From assembly GCA_964016885.1 (NCBI GenBank), contig OZ024742.1, positions 94,178,001 to 94,242,000 on the forward strand: DNA of 64,000 bases. The letters are read 5' to 3'. Below the pieces are notes generated by a model. That model searched no databases and was not told the DNA's origin. It saw only the letters and a program-made list of their open reading frames with translations. Of the stretch, positions 61,766 to 64,000 are shown in pieces; the stretch's first letter is position 1; each line of letters starts with the position of its first letter. The translations under genes were made by a program, and so were the position numbers. This DNA is from Eledone cirrhosa (Eukaryota).

Positions 61766-62699
61766 TACCATTGATTGGTGGATTTGTCTGTGTATATATA
61801 TATATATACATATATATATACATATATATATATACACATGTATATAAACATGCAAACACACACAGATGCATTGCTCCATACACACACACACCTGCATTAT
61901 GCATATAAATAAATAAATGAATTTAATAAGAGTGAATATAACAGTATAAGAAACGGGCTTATATTAACCTATTTTCTGCTGCAAAGAATGCAACATCAAC
62001 AATGACTGCAACAATAATTACAAGAGATATAACAGGAACTGCAACATTGTGCAGCAGCAATAATTAGAGTGAATGTTGCAGCAAGCCTATTAGTTTATAT
62101 AACTCAAATTACTTGATTATTGCAGTTATATATGCAGGTGTAACCGTGTGGTTTAAAAGTTTGGTTAGAAACCATGTGGTTCTGAGTTTGCACTCACTGT
62201 ATACTACCATGGTTAATTGTCTTCTACCATAGCCTTCAGTTGACCAATCTCTCATGTGCGCACTTAGTAATATGAACTATGCATAAGAGCAAAATGTATA
62301 TAAATATATATATATATTGTTATACTTGGGGAGGGTCATATTGTTGTAATAATATTGCCAGAAATAATAACAGAACACACTCACTGTTTGGTTGGTTTTC
62401 GCTTCTGTATCTTTTATATCTCCACAGTTAATTCATTTGGTCCTCAATGTTTATCATTGACTGACCAACGTTAAAAAATACAGATATAAACACACACACA
62501 CACACACACACAGATATATATATATATAAATATGGATACAATAAGGAACTGGTTAGACCATTACTCACCAGAGTACTCGATACTTGGAGTAGTAGAGTAT
62601 GGTTATATGATAGAGTCTTGGTATGTATATATATATGAGGGAGGGGAGTTGGGGAATGTGGTCATATGCCTTTTTATGGTGTACAGGGTATGAATACAC

Positions 62700-63615
62700 T
62701 TCTTGGCAGTACTCCTGCTATTTATAAAAGACCTGTCACAGTGTGGATATTTGGTGAACTGTGCTGCATCTGCAGCAAAAACCACACTGTTCATAAACAG
62801 GATTGACATGAACAGCTAGGTTTGAAATGGCATTACAACTGGTTATGTATGACCAGTCTGTTGGAATTTGCAGATGACATGGTATTATTTAAATTATCAG
62901 AAGGGGATCTCCGACATGTACTTGATAGGTTTGATTTTGACTGTTGCATGGCTGGAATGAAAATCAGTGTTGCAAAGCCTAAGTGACTTCTCCTCTCAAG
63001 GACGTCTGTATAGTGTACTCTACATGTAAATGGAGTTCCTCTGAAGCAGGTGTAGAAGTTGAAGAATCTCAGGGTCATCTTCTTAAATGATGGAAAGCAA
63101 AAGGCTGACTTGAGTATAAGAATTGCAGGAGCTGGTGCCGTCATGTGCCAGCTCCAGCATTTGGTCGAAAGAAGGGAGGTATGTGTAAAATCCAAACTCA
63201 CTATCTTCAACTCAGTGTTTGTGGGCAACCCTTACTAATGACCAAAATATTACAATTATAAATATAAGCATCTGAAATGGGGTTCCTCCAAAGGGTGGTT
63301 GAAGAAACATTACTCAATAGAGTATGTAGCTCAGAGATCAGAGAGTCCCTACAGGTAGAGCCACTACTTCTTATTGAGAGATCACAGCTGTGAAATATTA
63401 TGGGCATGCAGTTAGAATGTCCCAGGAAAAAATTGCTGGACAGATTTTACAGGAAAAACCAACTGGCAGAAGACTGGGGGATAGACCCCAAGCAAGATGT
63501 TTGGATAACATCCATGAACTCAGCTGGACTAGATCAATGTCTTGAAAAAATGAAATTTGGTAGACAGAAACTACAAAAGACCAACGTATAAGAAATGTCA
63601 GCAAGGAAAAATAAC
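62700..63615 (+). mobile_element. Degenerate RTE-type LINE, RT to 3' end
   Basis: 'TSLLEFADDMVLF', 'AGMKISVAK', 'NGVPLKQV', 'YGHAVRMSQE'. Confidence 0.75.
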
Positions 63616-64000
63616 ACAAGAGAACAATACAATACAATTAAAAGATAGAGTGTGAGAGAGAAGAGAGAATGTTTGAGAGAAAGAAGAAGAAAAAGGAAGA
63701 TAGAAGAGAGTAAGAAAAGAAAGAAAACATGTGTGTTTGCATGTATCCAGTCTGTGTTTATGTTTGTATTCATGTTTATATTCCACACATTAACAGTTCA
63801 ACAAAAGGAGATTGACCAGATAAATACCAGATTTTTAAAAATTCCCACATCCTGGATGCTGCAGTAAATATGAGGGTCACTGCTTCCATAGCTAAATGGA
63901 ATAAAATACTAAAGTACTAGGACTTATTGGTAAACCATTTCTTCCTGTCTGTGGCATTCAAAACATTTAAGGAGCAAGGCCGCTGACAACAGAATTCTTA

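Overview
AT-rich, repeat-dominated animal DNA with no host gene I can support. The SINE families and the dense (TA)n, (CA)n, (AAT)n and (CAA)n tracts look like an octopus genome (inference). Nearly all short ORFs in the track are microsatellite artefacts or decayed retrotransposon fragments. Main content: (1) a ~15 kb chain (27.8-42.7 kb) of non-LTR retrotransposons, each inserted in (AAT)n: a near-full-length Tx1/L1-clade LINE, its bipartite non-autonomous derivative, an intact 1130-aa R4/Dong-clade LINE and truncated copies of both; (2) a tRNA-derived SINE whose target-site duplications all begin with ATTAT and whose 3' end resembles the Tx1 3' end; (3) a (TA)n-rich zone (52-59.3 kb) holding a ~390-450 bp tandem/inverted repeat that carries a minimal type I hammerhead ribozyme (retrozyme-like, four copies, one with a compensatory base-pair change), a second Penelope-type hammerhead and fold-back elements; (4) two minisatellite arrays (48 bp and ~50 bp) tied to SINE sequences; (5) RTE-type LINE relics and an internally deleted mariner. 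All alignments, folds and copy numbers were made by eye and boundaries are approximate.
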